Assembly: GCA_937974135.1 (NCBI GenBank)
Contig: CALJIH010000289.1
Location: 1 to 48,556, forward strand
Length of the DNA stretch: 48,556 bases
From: an uncultured Cocleimonas sp.
Lineage (GTDB): Bacteria; Pseudomonadota; Gammaproteobacteria; Thiotrichales; Thiotrichaceae
Reading direction: 5' to 3'
Part shown: piece by piece, positions 10,847 through 19,388 of the stretch
Position numbering within the stretch: the stretch's first letter is position 1
How the letters are laid out: the number at the start of each line of letters is the position of its first letter
Notes under the pieces: model-generated
The model's input: only the letters and a program-made list of their open reading frames with translations
What the model was told of the DNA's origin: nothing
Databases searched by the model: none
Program-made: the position numbers and the translations under genes

Positions 10847-11791
10847 TTGAATGCAATGTCTGCACCGGTTTCAACCACACAAATACCAAAAGCTAGTCCT
10901 CCAACGGGTGCTATCAAAGCAAATCTACTTTGTTTTAGTTCTATCTTTCTGTGGGCTTTAGGTTTTCCTGCTGCTGAAGTTTTATTAGAAACTTGGGGTG
11001 CATTGGCTTTGGTATTAGTGCGCTTAACTCTCAGTGCTTTTGTGTTATTAACGATATGGATTTATTTAGAAAGTTGGACTTCAGTAAAAAATTGCGAATG
11101 GCGCTCACCCTTGCGAGTAGGAGCGATTGGCTTTGGTATTGGGACAATATTTTTTCTGTTTGGTCAAAGGTATTCGGATGCTGTGATTCCAGCCATTATG
11201 GCGGCAATGATGCCTATTTTTGGTGGTTTACTCGAAGTAATATTCGAACGTCGCAGATTACGTCCAAGATTAGTGATTGGCATTCTACTAGCACTTATCG
11301 GTGGTTATATAGCCACTGGAGTAAAATTATCTGAAGGTACATTTGGTTTTGGTGCCTTGCTATGTCTCATTGCGATCCCTTTGTATGCGTGGGCGACTCG
11401 AACCATCACCCGAGAATTTCCTAAACTCACACCAATCGCACAAACAACGACAACCATCATTGGCGCTTGGATATTGGTTTTATGTTTCTTTATTTTATCG
11501 AAATTAGTTGGTTTTGACGGAGCAAAATTTGGCTTGATAAGCACGTATAACATTATGATGTTATTGATATTTTCGATTGCAGCAATGGCGATTTCACAAT
11601 TATTGTGGATTAAAGCCGCAGGCAGTCTAGGCATCCTTTTTGCATCGCTACATATGAATGCCATTCCATTCTACGTGATGATTGTGATGGTCATTTTCTT
11701 TGATTCGACTTGGTCTTGGATGCAAGCCTTAGGTGCACTAATTGTAGGAATTGGTGTTATCTATTCGCAAATGCAACAGGTAGAGAAATAA
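10847..11791 (+). CDS. DMT/EamA family transporter
   Basis: about 10 hydrophobic helices in two repeats; start may be the ATG at 10856. Confidence 0.85.
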   Translation: MNAMSAPVSTTQIPKASPPTGAIKANLLCFSSIFLWALGFPAAEVLLETWGALALVLVRLTLSAFVLLTIWIYLESWTSVKNCEWRSPLRVGAIGFGIGTIFFLFGQRYSDAVIPAIMAAMMPIFGGLLEVIFERRRLRPRLVIGILLALIGGYIATGVKLSEGTFGFGALLCLIAIPLYAWATRTITREFPKLTPIAQTTTTIIGAWILVLCFFILSKLVGFDGAKFGLISTYNIMMLLIFSIAAMAISQLLWIKAAGSLGILFASLHMNAIPFYVMIVMVIFFDSTWSWMQALGALIVGIGVIYSQMQQVEK

Positions 11792-11870
11792 GTACTGCTT
11801 CTAGATAAAAATCGTTCTGTTGAGCTCTTGTACAGAGCTTTGTCGAACTATTTATGCTGAGATAGGAAGT

Positions 11871-11928
11871 ACACCCCCCTACTTTTAAGAGATTTTAAAT
11901 CTCGTAAAAGTAGGGGGGTGTCTTTTTT
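11871..11928. repeat. inverted doublet of family A repeat (REPIN-like hairpin)
   Basis: ACACCCCCCTACTTTTA-A-GAGATTT-T-AAATCTC-G-TAAAAGTAGGGGGGTGT, between convergent genes. Confidence 0.9.
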
Positions 11929-11946
11929 ACTTTTTGTTATTATTGA

Positions 11947-12405
11947 TTAGCTGTTATCTTGTAAATGCGCTACTCGAGCAACATTATTTTGCATAATTAA
12001 TTTTACTTTATCACCGGTTTTAAATTTGGTTTCAGCTAATTGAGTGACGACTACTTTATCACCACCTTCTAGTTGTAATGTGATTTCCAAACCTGCTTTC
12101 TTAGAGGCCGCTTTTTCAGCTTCACCGCCAACCGCCCCACCGATTAAACTACCAATAATTGAACCTGCGTAAGGAACAGTAGAGCCAAGTATTGACCCTG
12201 TAACTGAACCTACGGTGCGTCCAGCAGCACTGGTTTTGCCTTGAATGGCGACATCTTTAACTCCAGTTACTGTGCCTTGCTTAACCGTGACAACTTGCTC
12301 TTTTGTTACTGTGCCTACTTTATTAGTAGTCACTGGAGCGTTGGTTGTACAGCCAGCCAATAATAAAAAGTTGATGCTTATAATCACACTGAAAATTTTA
12401 TACAT
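11947..12405 (-). CDS. outer-membrane lipoprotein, SlyB-like glycine zipper
   Basis: lipobox LAGC, GxxxG glycine-zipper repeats, GLEITLQLEGG..VVTQ. Confidence 0.85.
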   Translation of the reverse strand: MYKIFSVIISINFLLLAGCTTNAPVTTNKVGTVTKEQVVTVKQGTVTGVKDVAIQGKTSAAGRTVGSVTGSILGSTVPYAGSIIGSLIGGAVGGEAEKAASKKAGLEITLQLEGGDKVVVTQLAETKFKTGDKVKLIMQNNVARVAHLQDNS

Positions 12406-12570
12406 GCTTATTCCCCTATATGGATTAACAATATTTAGCTTAAGGTGTTGTTTATCTTAATAATGCTTAGGAGACTTATGATTAGAATTAGTTCAAGAAA
12501 TATTTGAATAAGCAATGATAAGCGTAAAAATTTGTGGATATATTTTGTGAAAATTGCATTTGAAAGCCGC

Positions 12571-12593
12571 AAAAAGTAGGGGGGTGTCTTTTT
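12571..12593 (+). repeat. REP-like short repeat copy (family A)
   Basis: AAAAAGTAGGGGGGTGTCTTTTT. Confidence 0.9.
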
Positions 12594-12616
12594 AAGGAAT
12601 ATATTTCCAGTAAGCT

Positions 12617-13537
12617 CTAATCGTCGCCCCAAACTAATTGACCACAAACACCAAGGTCATAGCCAGTAAGTGCCTCTGCCATATTTTGGCTGGGTAGAGA
12701 TTTTAGTTCGCTGATGAATTCTTGAAAAAGATGCCTAAACCAAATATTACGTGGTAAGGCTAAATCGAATGATTCCCAGCCTAAGCTTATGAAACCCAAT
12801 CCGAATTCATTGGCAATTGAGCGAGTACCCGGTGCAATATCTGCCATATTCATGGTAATTGCTGCGGCAGCTTCGCGTTCTGAGTTGGAAATTCCTGCTT
12901 CACAGTTCAGAGAGTCTGTGGTTTTGTGGTAATGACTCAGCGTTTCCAATAAAAAACGCTGCGCGCCCGAGCCTTTTTGTCGCATCGACCAGCGATATTG
13001 CAAGTCAAAAAACGCTTCCGGATCTTTTGAAATTTGTAACATTTTTGCGTTTAACAACAAACCTTGCTCGCGTTGGAACGCCCGAATCAACACCCATTGT
13101 TTGTGTTGGCTATGTTGTTGCAATAATGCAGGATGGCGCAAAACACTCTCCGCTTGAGGTCCCCAATGCATGCCACAAACGTCTATGCGTTGAGATTGTA
13201 AAAGGTTTAAGCCTATACCCGTGCCAGTAGGCGAATAGCTCACTAGCGCGTGCGAATCGATTTGTGCGGCAAAATTATTCACCACCCGATATAACAAAGG
13301 ATCATCACTGCCAGCGATTAAGAGTCGATCTTTGAGTAAACCGCTATGTGAAGAATCCAGCATCCAGCGATCAATCAATTCACGCGGGAACATCCATTTA
13401 CCAGTGACTTTAGTCGCTGGAATGTGGCCTTCGTTGGCAAGTGAATAAACCTTTTTTTCGTTCAGTTGGAGATATTCAGCGACTTGTTTAACGCTTAAAA
13501 AGGGGGTGTTGATGTTAAACGTTTGATCTTTGCTCAT
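12617..13537 (-). CDS. transcriptional regulator, excisionase-like HTH fused to a molybdate/tungstate PBP-like domain (FdsR-like)
   Basis: LSVKQVAEYLQLNEKKVY..KVTGKWMFP N-terminus; GSDDP, REQGL, RQKGSG in the PBP domain. Confidence 0.8.
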   Translation of the reverse strand: MSKDQTFNINTPFLSVKQVAEYLQLNEKKVYSLANEGHIPATKVTGKWMFPRELIDRWMLDSSHSGLLKDRLLIAGSDDPLLYRVVNNFAAQIDSHALVSYSPTGTGIGLNLLQSQRIDVCGMHWGPQAESVLRHPALLQQHSQHKQWVLIRAFQREQGLLLNAKMLQISKDPEAFFDLQYRWSMRQKGSGAQRFLLETLSHYHKTTDSLNCEAGISNSEREAAAAITMNMADIAPGTRSIANEFGLGFISLGWESFDLALPRNIWFRHLFQEFISELKSLPSQNMAEALTGYDLGVCGQLVWGDD

Positions 13538-13539
13538 AC

Positions 13540-14379
13540 TTAACTGGCACTTTTGAAACGTTTGGTAGGTTTTTCATCGAATGTGATTTGATCCGCACCG
13601 TTGTAGACTAAAAAATGTTTGCCTTTAGCACGTGAAATCAAAATTACACCTAACTGTTTCGCAATTTCATAACCCATCTGGGTTGCCCCTGATCGAGAAA
13701 GCAAGACAGGAATACCCATTTGTGCGACTTTAATCACCATTTCAGAAGTGAGACGACCAGTGGTATAGAAAATTTTATCAGCACCCGACATATCGTGTAA
13801 CCACATATAACCTGCGATAGCATCGACGGCATTGTGCCGACCTACATCCTCGACAAAACGCATGTTTTGGGTTTCCCGACACAGCGCACAACCATGTACC
13901 GCCCCCGCTTTCTTGTAAATTTCGTTGTGTTTGCTAAGGGTGTTAAGCAAGCCGTAAATCATTGATTGTTTGAGTTCGACTCTGGGTAGTTTAATCTTGT
14001 GTAAACCATCCATCATGTCACCGTAAACAGTGCCTTGACCACAACCTGTGGTGACTGTTTTCTTGCTCAGTTTGTCTTCCAGTCCGTTCACAGCTTCGTG
14101 CGTAGTAACAGCAACTGCTTCTACATCCCAGTCTACTTGAATAGATCTTACTTCATCTACGCTTTGCACTAATCGTTGATTGCGTAACCAGCCTAAAACT
14201 AATAACTCTGGTTGAGTGCCTAAAGTCATTAAGGTGACGATTTCGCGCTTGTTTAAATAAATCGTCAGCGCCCGTTCTGCGGCGATATGCCCTGCAATAG
14301 TATCGCCAAACTCATTGACGCTATTCACGGCATATGATGCATCTAATCCTTCGTCGGTGAGTTCGGGTTTATTTGACAT
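13540..14379 (-). CDS. fdhD: formate dehydrogenase accessory sulfurtransferase
   Basis: TTGCGQG, GAVHGCA, EDVGRHNAVD, TGRLTSEMV; ATG at 14379 (the longer ORF runs into a repeat). Confidence 0.93.
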   Translation of the reverse strand: MSNKPELTDEGLDASYAVNSVNEFGDTIAGHIAAERALTIYLNKREIVTLMTLGTQPELLVLGWLRNQRLVQSVDEVRSIQVDWDVEAVAVTTHEAVNGLEDKLSKKTVTTGCGQGTVYGDMMDGLHKIKLPRVELKQSMIYGLLNTLSKHNEIYKKAGAVHGCALCRETQNMRFVEDVGRHNAVDAIAGYMWLHDMSGADKIFYTTGRLTSEMVIKVAQMGIPVLLSRSGATQMGYEIAKQLGVILISRAKGKHFLVYNGADQITFDEKPTKRFKSAS

Positions 14380-14407
14380 ATTAATCTCAAGACGTTTAAA
14401 AGTGGTA

Positions 14408-14510
14408 AGCCGAGGCGCTAGCCGAGACAATGCAGGAGCATAGCGACGGCAGCCCGCAGGGCCGGGTTCTCCTATAAACAAGAAACCCCGTAAAAGTAGG
14501 GGGGTGTACT
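14408..14510 (+). repeat. composite repeat: family B body plus family A end
   Basis: AGCCGAGGCGCTAGCCGAGACAATGCAGGAGCATAGCGACGGCAGCCCGCAGGG..AAAAGTAGGGGGGTGTAC. Confidence 0.85.
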
Positions 14511-14576
14511 CGATATACTTCTACTAAGCTCATTACCAAGAGCTCAACAGAGCTGTCTTTATGTTATTTGCGTATA

Positions 14577-15626
14577 TTATCCACCAGTTGCACTCATATG
14601 ACGCATAATAATGGGTTGTTCATTTAGATTAAAATCATGGCCTTTAGGTTTAATTTGCATCGATTCAATCAGAGCATTTCGTAAGGCTTCATCGTCCGTT
14701 GGGTGGGCACGAACAATCTGGCGTAAATCCATTGAATGTTCTTGGCCTAAACAAAGCAATAACATGCCTTCTGCTGTAACACGAACACGGTTGCAAGTAT
14801 CACAAAAGTTATGGCTATGCGGCGAAATAAAACCGATCCGACTCTCACTTTCGCGATCACCATTGCTGTCTATAAAGCGGAAGTATTTCGCAGGTCCACC
14901 GGTACTTTCATCAGTGCCAACCAAATTATATTTTTCACGTAATTCACTTAGAATATCATCGCTGGAACAATAGCTTAGGGCACGATCGTGATCGCCCATA
15001 TCGCCTAATGGCATCTCTTCAATGAAGCTAATATCCATGCCACGATCACGAATAAATTCAACCAAATCAATAATTTCATCATGATTGAAGTTTTTCATCA
15101 CAACGGTATTGATTTTGATATTGTCAAAACCTACTTCGAGTGCTTTATCGATACCCGCCATGGTTTTTTCAAGTTTGCCAATACGTGTGATTTTTGTGAA
15201 GCGCTCTGGCTGAATTGTATCTAGGCTGATATTAATTCTAGTTACGCCAGCATCTCTCAATGGTTGTGCATACTTTTCGAGAAGAGTTGCGTTTGTGGTT
15301 AGGGTAAGATCGGTCAAGCCATCTAGTTTACCCAAGGTTTCAAATACGCTGAGAATATTTCTACGAGTCAGAGGTTCGCCCCCAGAAATACGAATTTTGT
15401 TTACCCCAAGATCAACAAAAGCGGTGCCAATCCTGCTCATTTCTTCAAGTGTTAGTAGTTGCTCGCGAGGCACAAATTTCATGTCTTCAGACATGCAATA
15501 AACGCAACGAAGATCGCAACGATCGGTCACTGACAATCTCACATAAGTAACTTGTCTACCAAAACGATCAACCAATTTTGTAACGGGTTTATTATCTTCT
15601 GTAACTGTTGTACTACCTTGACTCAT
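14577..15626 (-). CDS. moaA: GTP 3',8-cyclase (radical SAM)
   Basis: CDLRCVYC, FCDTCNRVR..LCL, C-terminal MSATGG. Confidence 0.97.
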   Translation of the reverse strand: MSQGSTTVTEDNKPVTKLVDRFGRQVTYVRLSVTDRCDLRCVYCMSEDMKFVPREQLLTLEEMSRIGTAFVDLGVNKIRISGGEPLTRRNILSVFETLGKLDGLTDLTLTTNATLLEKYAQPLRDAGVTRINISLDTIQPERFTKITRIGKLEKTMAGIDKALEVGFDNIKINTVVMKNFNHDEIIDLVEFIRDRGMDISFIEEMPLGDMGDHDRALSYCSSDDILSELREKYNLVGTDESTGGPAKYFRFIDSNGDRESESRIGFISPHSHNFCDTCNRVRVTAEGMLLLCLGQEHSMDLRQIVRAHPTDDEALRNALIESMQIKPKGHDFNLNEQPIIMRHMSATGG

Positions 15627-15664
15627 ATGGGGTTCGTTTAAGTAATTATTTAGGGGTAGAAATT

Positions 15665-15825
15665 AGAGGTCTTTGTACGAGAATATGGCGAGAGAAAAAA
15701 TTGCGTAATTTCTCAGCTTTTTTATAAAAATGAGCGGAATAGCATGGCTATTCAACGAATTTTTAGGAAAAAACTGGGATATTTAAGCTTTATTTATCCG
15801 TCATATTTCTCGTTCAGAGGCCTCT
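15665..15825. mobile_element. MITE-like fold-back element, about 160 bp
   Basis: full-length imperfect palindrome with ends AGAGGTCTTTGTACGAGAATATGGCG / CGTCATATTTCTCGTTCAGAGGCCTCT and centre GAATAGC-ATG-GCTATTC; no ORF. Confidence 0.7.
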
Positions 15826-15861
15826 TATATCATATATTTTAGTTCAATCTATAATAAGTTT

Positions 15862-15877
15862 TGCAATTTTCATACCA
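15862..15877 (-). promoter_or_regulatory. sigma54 promoter of moaA-fdhD-regulator
   Basis: minus strand TGGTATGAAAATTGCA (GG-N10-GC). Confidence 0.75.
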
Positions 15878-15971
15878 TTTATGTGAATGGCTAGATAATT
15901 GGTTGATACAGCTAAATTTGCTAATAATAAAATAGATATCGGATAACTATGTCTTGCTGATATTTGAAGCT

Positions 15972-15986
15972 GGGACAAATTGTACC
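15972..15986. promoter_or_regulatory. candidate enhancer (UAS) between divergent sigma54 promoters
   Basis: GGGACAAATTGTACC, matches 6141-6155. Confidence 0.6.
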
Positions 15987-16041
15987 GTTTGTCATTCAGT
16001 TACATTATCTATTTTTTGCCAATATATCGGCAAACCCCCCA

Positions 16042-16132
16042 AGCCGAGCGAAGTGAGACAATGTCGGAGCATAGCGACGATTACCCGCAGGGTGAGTTTA
16101 TAAAACCCCTAAAAGTAGGGGGGTGTCTTTTT
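16042..16132 (+). repeat. composite repeat: family B body plus family A end
   Basis: AGCCGAGCGAAGTGAGACAATGTCGGAGCATAGCGACGATTACCCGCAGGG..AAAACCCCTAAAAGTAGGGGGGTGTCTTTTT. Confidence 0.85.
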
Positions 16133-16147
16133 ATAATTTAATTACAA

Positions 16148-16855
16148 ATGAATTTTCATCTGTGGCACGTAAATTGCTGTTCTATACTTGTAAGTAGCCA
16201 AATTGAAAATGAGAACACTATCAAAGATTCAATCCAGCCATCAAGTCAACAAGATAAATCGCATTCACGCAGTGATGAAGATTTAAACCTACGCCTTTCT
16301 GAAGAAAAATTACCAGACTGTTTTTTCGTTTCCATTGTCATGGAAAGTAAACCTTCAACTCATCCTTGGGCAGACGAAGTCTGGGATGCCACTGGCATTG
16401 TTGCATCTGCCGATGTAAAAGATGCTACCAGAGAAGTGAAAACCATAGAGCAAGGTGATGCAAAACAATTAATTTATAGCGGCATGAAGATTCAATTATT
16501 TTTGGATGAATGCGAAAGCTATTATCACAATATGATGTCTCCAGAGCCAGGTTGTTTCATAGTCGCCCGCACTGAAGATGAGGAGGGTAACGAGACAGAT
16601 ATGCCGATTCCAGTATTTGCCACTTTAAGTTTTGATGAGGCGCATTCTTATCTCGAAGGTGATGATACGGTCTATGCGGTGCCCATTCCGGCAGAGTTAT
16701 ATCGTTGGGCAGAAGCCTATGTGCTGGATAACTATGTCGCGGAAAAACGTGTGAAACGAAAACGTGTGGATTGGAAAAAAGGCGATAAACGAAATTCCAG
16801 TAGTCATGAACCCGCGTTTGACTCACCGAATGAAAACCAAAAGGGTAAACACTAA
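16148..16855 (+). CDS. DUF3305-family formate dehydrogenase-associated protein
   Basis: VSIVM..HPWADEVW, ESYYHNM, SFDEA, KRKR tail, typical gene context; true start probably downstream of the sigma54 site. Confidence 0.75.
   Translation: MNFHLWHVNCCSILVSSQIENENTIKDSIQPSSQQDKSHSRSDEDLNLRLSEEKLPDCFFVSIVMESKPSTHPWADEVWDATGIVASADVKDATREVKTIEQGDAKQLIYSGMKIQLFLDECESYYHNMMSPEPGCFIVARTEDEEGNETDMPIPVFATLSFDEAHSYLEGDDTVYAVPIPAELYRWAEAYVLDNYVAEKRVKRKRVDWKKGDKRNSSSHEPAFDSPNENQKGKH
16163..16178 (+). promoter_or_regulatory. sigma54 promoter of the DUF3305 operon
   Basis: TGGCACGTAAATTGCT, near-consensus. Confidence 0.85.
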
Positions 16856-17520
16856 TGCCTGATAAGCCAAACGAAGGATTTGTTTCTCGCTGGTCGCGGC
16901 GCAAGCAACAAATTGCTGAACAAGAGAATAATCAAGATTCAGTCGATAATGGTTTATCAAAAGACGACCTGATTGATGATACTGATCCTGAAATTCTCAA
17001 AGCAGAAAAGCTTGAAGCTTTAAATAAACTCACCGATGAAGATATGCCAGATATCGAAACGCTTGATGAAAACTCAGACTTCTCACGATTTATGTCCACC
17101 GGTGTGAGTGAAGGCTTGCGCAAAATGGCATTAAAAAAACTCTTTATGGGAAAGTCTTACAATATTCGTGATGGTTTAGATGAATACGACGGCGATTACA
17201 CAAAGTTCGAAAAAATGCCCAAAACCATGGTGACTTCTGATATGAAGCATATGGTTGAAGTGGAGGCGAAAAAGAAACTAGCCAAAGAACAAGAAGAAGC
17301 TAGACAGAAAATGTTGGCTGAAAACGACATCGATGAAATGGACGAATTCGATGAGTTTGCAGATGAAGATGACACGGAAGGTGTTGATGGGATCGAAACC
17401 GTTGCTGATTCAAACACTGAAAACGAGACAGAAGAATATGTTGATGAGTATATCAATGTAGAAGGCTTTGATACTAGAGTCTCAGAAAATCCAAATAATG
17501 ATAACGAGGAAGTTGCATGA
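16855..17520 (+). CDS. DUF3306-family protein
   Basis: FVSRWSRRK, SDFSRFM..V..LRKMALKKLF, DGLDEYDGDY; very acidic C-terminus. Confidence 0.85.
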   Translation: MPDKPNEGFVSRWSRRKQQIAEQENNQDSVDNGLSKDDLIDDTDPEILKAEKLEALNKLTDEDMPDIETLDENSDFSRFMSTGVSEGLRKMALKKLFMGKSYNIRDGLDEYDGDYTKFEKMPKTMVTSDMKHMVEVEAKKKLAKEQEEARQKMLAENDIDEMDEFDEFADEDDTEGVDGIETVADSNTENETEEYVDEYINVEGFDTRVSENPNNDNEEVA

Positions 17521-19085
17521 CAGATTTATTTGTCACGGAGAGTAAAACCCAAGCGAAACAAGCTGCATACGATGCAGTAGCTCAATTAAAACCAGAGTCT
17601 ACTTCGCTTGTAGAATATCAATCTCGTGGTCATGTGGTTGCTATTGGAGATTCAGAGACACTCTCTTTAATAGGTGATTTACCAGAACCGTTGACCCTTG
17701 AAACCGTTGAATTTAAAGGGAGTACACCTACTGATATAAGCATCGAAGGTGCTTTAGGTCAGTTTCTGATAAACGTAAGTAAACAGCAAATTAAAGCGGA
17801 TTTGATTCTTGATTTGAGTTCAAAGCCACTTCTAACCATGGCATTAAAACCGCCAGGGTATGTAACCAGTAAGCACGATAAAAGTGATTTAGAAGAAGCC
17901 AAGCAAGCCTTACATGATCTTGTCGGGACCTTCGATAAACCTAAATATTTTGACTACAACGAGAGTTTATGTGCGCATGGTGTTTCTGGGCAAAAAGGTT
18001 GCACACGCTGTATCGATGCATGCCCCGCTGAGGCGATTACTTCATTGGTAAATAAAATTGCGGTTGACCCGTTTCGTTGTCATGGTGGTGGGATTTGTAC
18101 GACCGTGTGCCCATCTGGTGCGATTACGTACGCCTATCCCAAACCTCGTGACTTACTCACGCACGTGCGTACACTAATTCTTACTTACCTCAAAGAAATC
18201 AATGAAATTGATGGTAAAGCTACTGCGCCAGATCTAGTCTTTGCGACAGAAGAAGAGCATGATCGAGTGGTGCAAATTATGCCTGCCGCTTTGGTGATTA
18301 AAGTGGAAGAAGTGGCTAGTGTTGGACCTGAAATATGGCTATCTGCATTGGCTTGGGGTGCGCGTTCAATCTTTATGTTTAATCTTGATGGTATTCCCGA
18401 AACCGCAGAAAAAGCGTTAGCTTTGCATTTAGAGACGACTCAGAAAACGCTCGCGGGTATGGGTTATCCAGAAAATTGTATTGCTGTAATTGCTGATCAA
18501 AACGAATTAATTTCTACAACCGGTCTAACGCAAAAGAAGACAGCTGCGCATGCCCCTTTGGGTGAAAAGCGCCAAGCTTTTTATATGGCCTTAGACCACT
18601 TATCGAAACAAGCAGATGAAGCAGTAATTGAGGCAAACCAAGAAATATCCTTACCTCAGGGAGCGATTTTTGGTGAAGCGATTATTGATCAAACCAAATG
18701 TACCTTATGCATGTCATGCGTGAGTGCATGTCCGGGTAATGCTCTGCAAGATGGGCGCGAATTACCGCAAGTAAGTTTGGTAGAAGATAAATGCCTGCAG
18801 TGCGGTGTTTGTGTCAGTACCTGTCCTGAAGATGCGATGAGTATCAAGCCGCGTTTACTGTTAAATATCAGAGCGCGCAAAGATCCTAGAATTTTACATA
18901 AGGATGAACCATTTTGTTGTATCAAATGTGGTAAGCCATTTGCGACTAGCTCAGGTATTGCAACTGTAATGACTAAACTTGTTGGTCATTCGATGTTTGC
19001 TGATGAGCGCTCACGCAGTCGTTTGAAAATGTGTGACGACTGTCGAGTCGTTGACATGATGGAAGATCCAAATACTGATTTATAA
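17517..19085 (+). CDS. polyferredoxin / 4Fe-4S binding protein of the FDH maturation cluster
   Basis: several ferredoxin-type Cys motifs (e.g. CTLCMSCVSACP, CLQCGVCVSTCP) plus C-terminal CIKC..CDDC. Confidence 0.85.
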   Translation: MTDLFVTESKTQAKQAAYDAVAQLKPESTSLVEYQSRGHVVAIGDSETLSLIGDLPEPLTLETVEFKGSTPTDISIEGALGQFLINVSKQQIKADLILDLSSKPLLTMALKPPGYVTSKHDKSDLEEAKQALHDLVGTFDKPKYFDYNESLCAHGVSGQKGCTRCIDACPAEAITSLVNKIAVDPFRCHGGGICTTVCPSGAITYAYPKPRDLLTHVRTLILTYLKEINEIDGKATAPDLVFATEEEHDRVVQIMPAALVIKVEEVASVGPEIWLSALAWGARSIFMFNLDGIPETAEKALALHLETTQKTLAGMGYPENCIAVIADQNELISTTGLTQKKTAAHAPLGEKRQAFYMALDHLSKQADEAVIEANQEISLPQGAIFGEAIIDQTKCTLCMSCVSACPGNALQDGRELPQVSLVEDKCLQCGVCVSTCPEDAMSIKPRLLLNIRARKDPRILHKDEPFCCIKCGKPFATSSGIATVMTKLVGHSMFADERSRSRLKMCDDCRVVDMMEDPNTDL

Positions 19086-19166
19086 GGATATAGATGTTTT
19101 TGAATGTCTTCAAAAGATTCAAAAGGATTAATTTATCCAATCATTTCTGTTAGAAAAAAGGAATTT

Positions 19167-19199
19167 AAAACCCTTAAAAAGTAGGGGGGTGTCTTTTTT
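19167..19199 (+). repeat. REP-like short repeat copy (family A)
   Basis: AAAACCCTTAAAAAGTAGGGGGGTGTCTTTTTT. Confidence 0.9.
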
Positions 19200-19343
19200 A
19201 ATTATGATTTTTGTGTTTTGCAGATATTCACATTTATACCGAGACATTTCGCCCCATTGGACAATAACTGCGTAATTTAGTCATAAAAAACTAGTTTCAT
19301 TGGGTAAATTACTCCCTTTTGGTTATTTTTTTACCCCGACGAA

Positions 19344-19359
19344 TGGCACGTTAATTGCA
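19344..19359 (+). promoter_or_regulatory. sigma54 promoter of the chaperone-fdhABC operon
   Basis: TGGCACGTTAATTGCA, consensus match 30 bp before the chaperone gene. Confidence 0.9.
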
Positions 19360-19388
19360 AATAATATAGATATTGATAAAGGAAGTTC

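Noticed and set aside
14380-14481. 34-aa N-terminal extension of FdhD
   Set aside because: It is translated repeat sequence; the ATG at 14379 has a better RBS.
15627-15860. Moco/Tuco riboswitch upstream of moaA (also looked for before tupA and aorA)
   Set aside because: No recognisable conserved motif by eye; the region is explained by the fold-back element. An Rfam cmsearch would be decisive.
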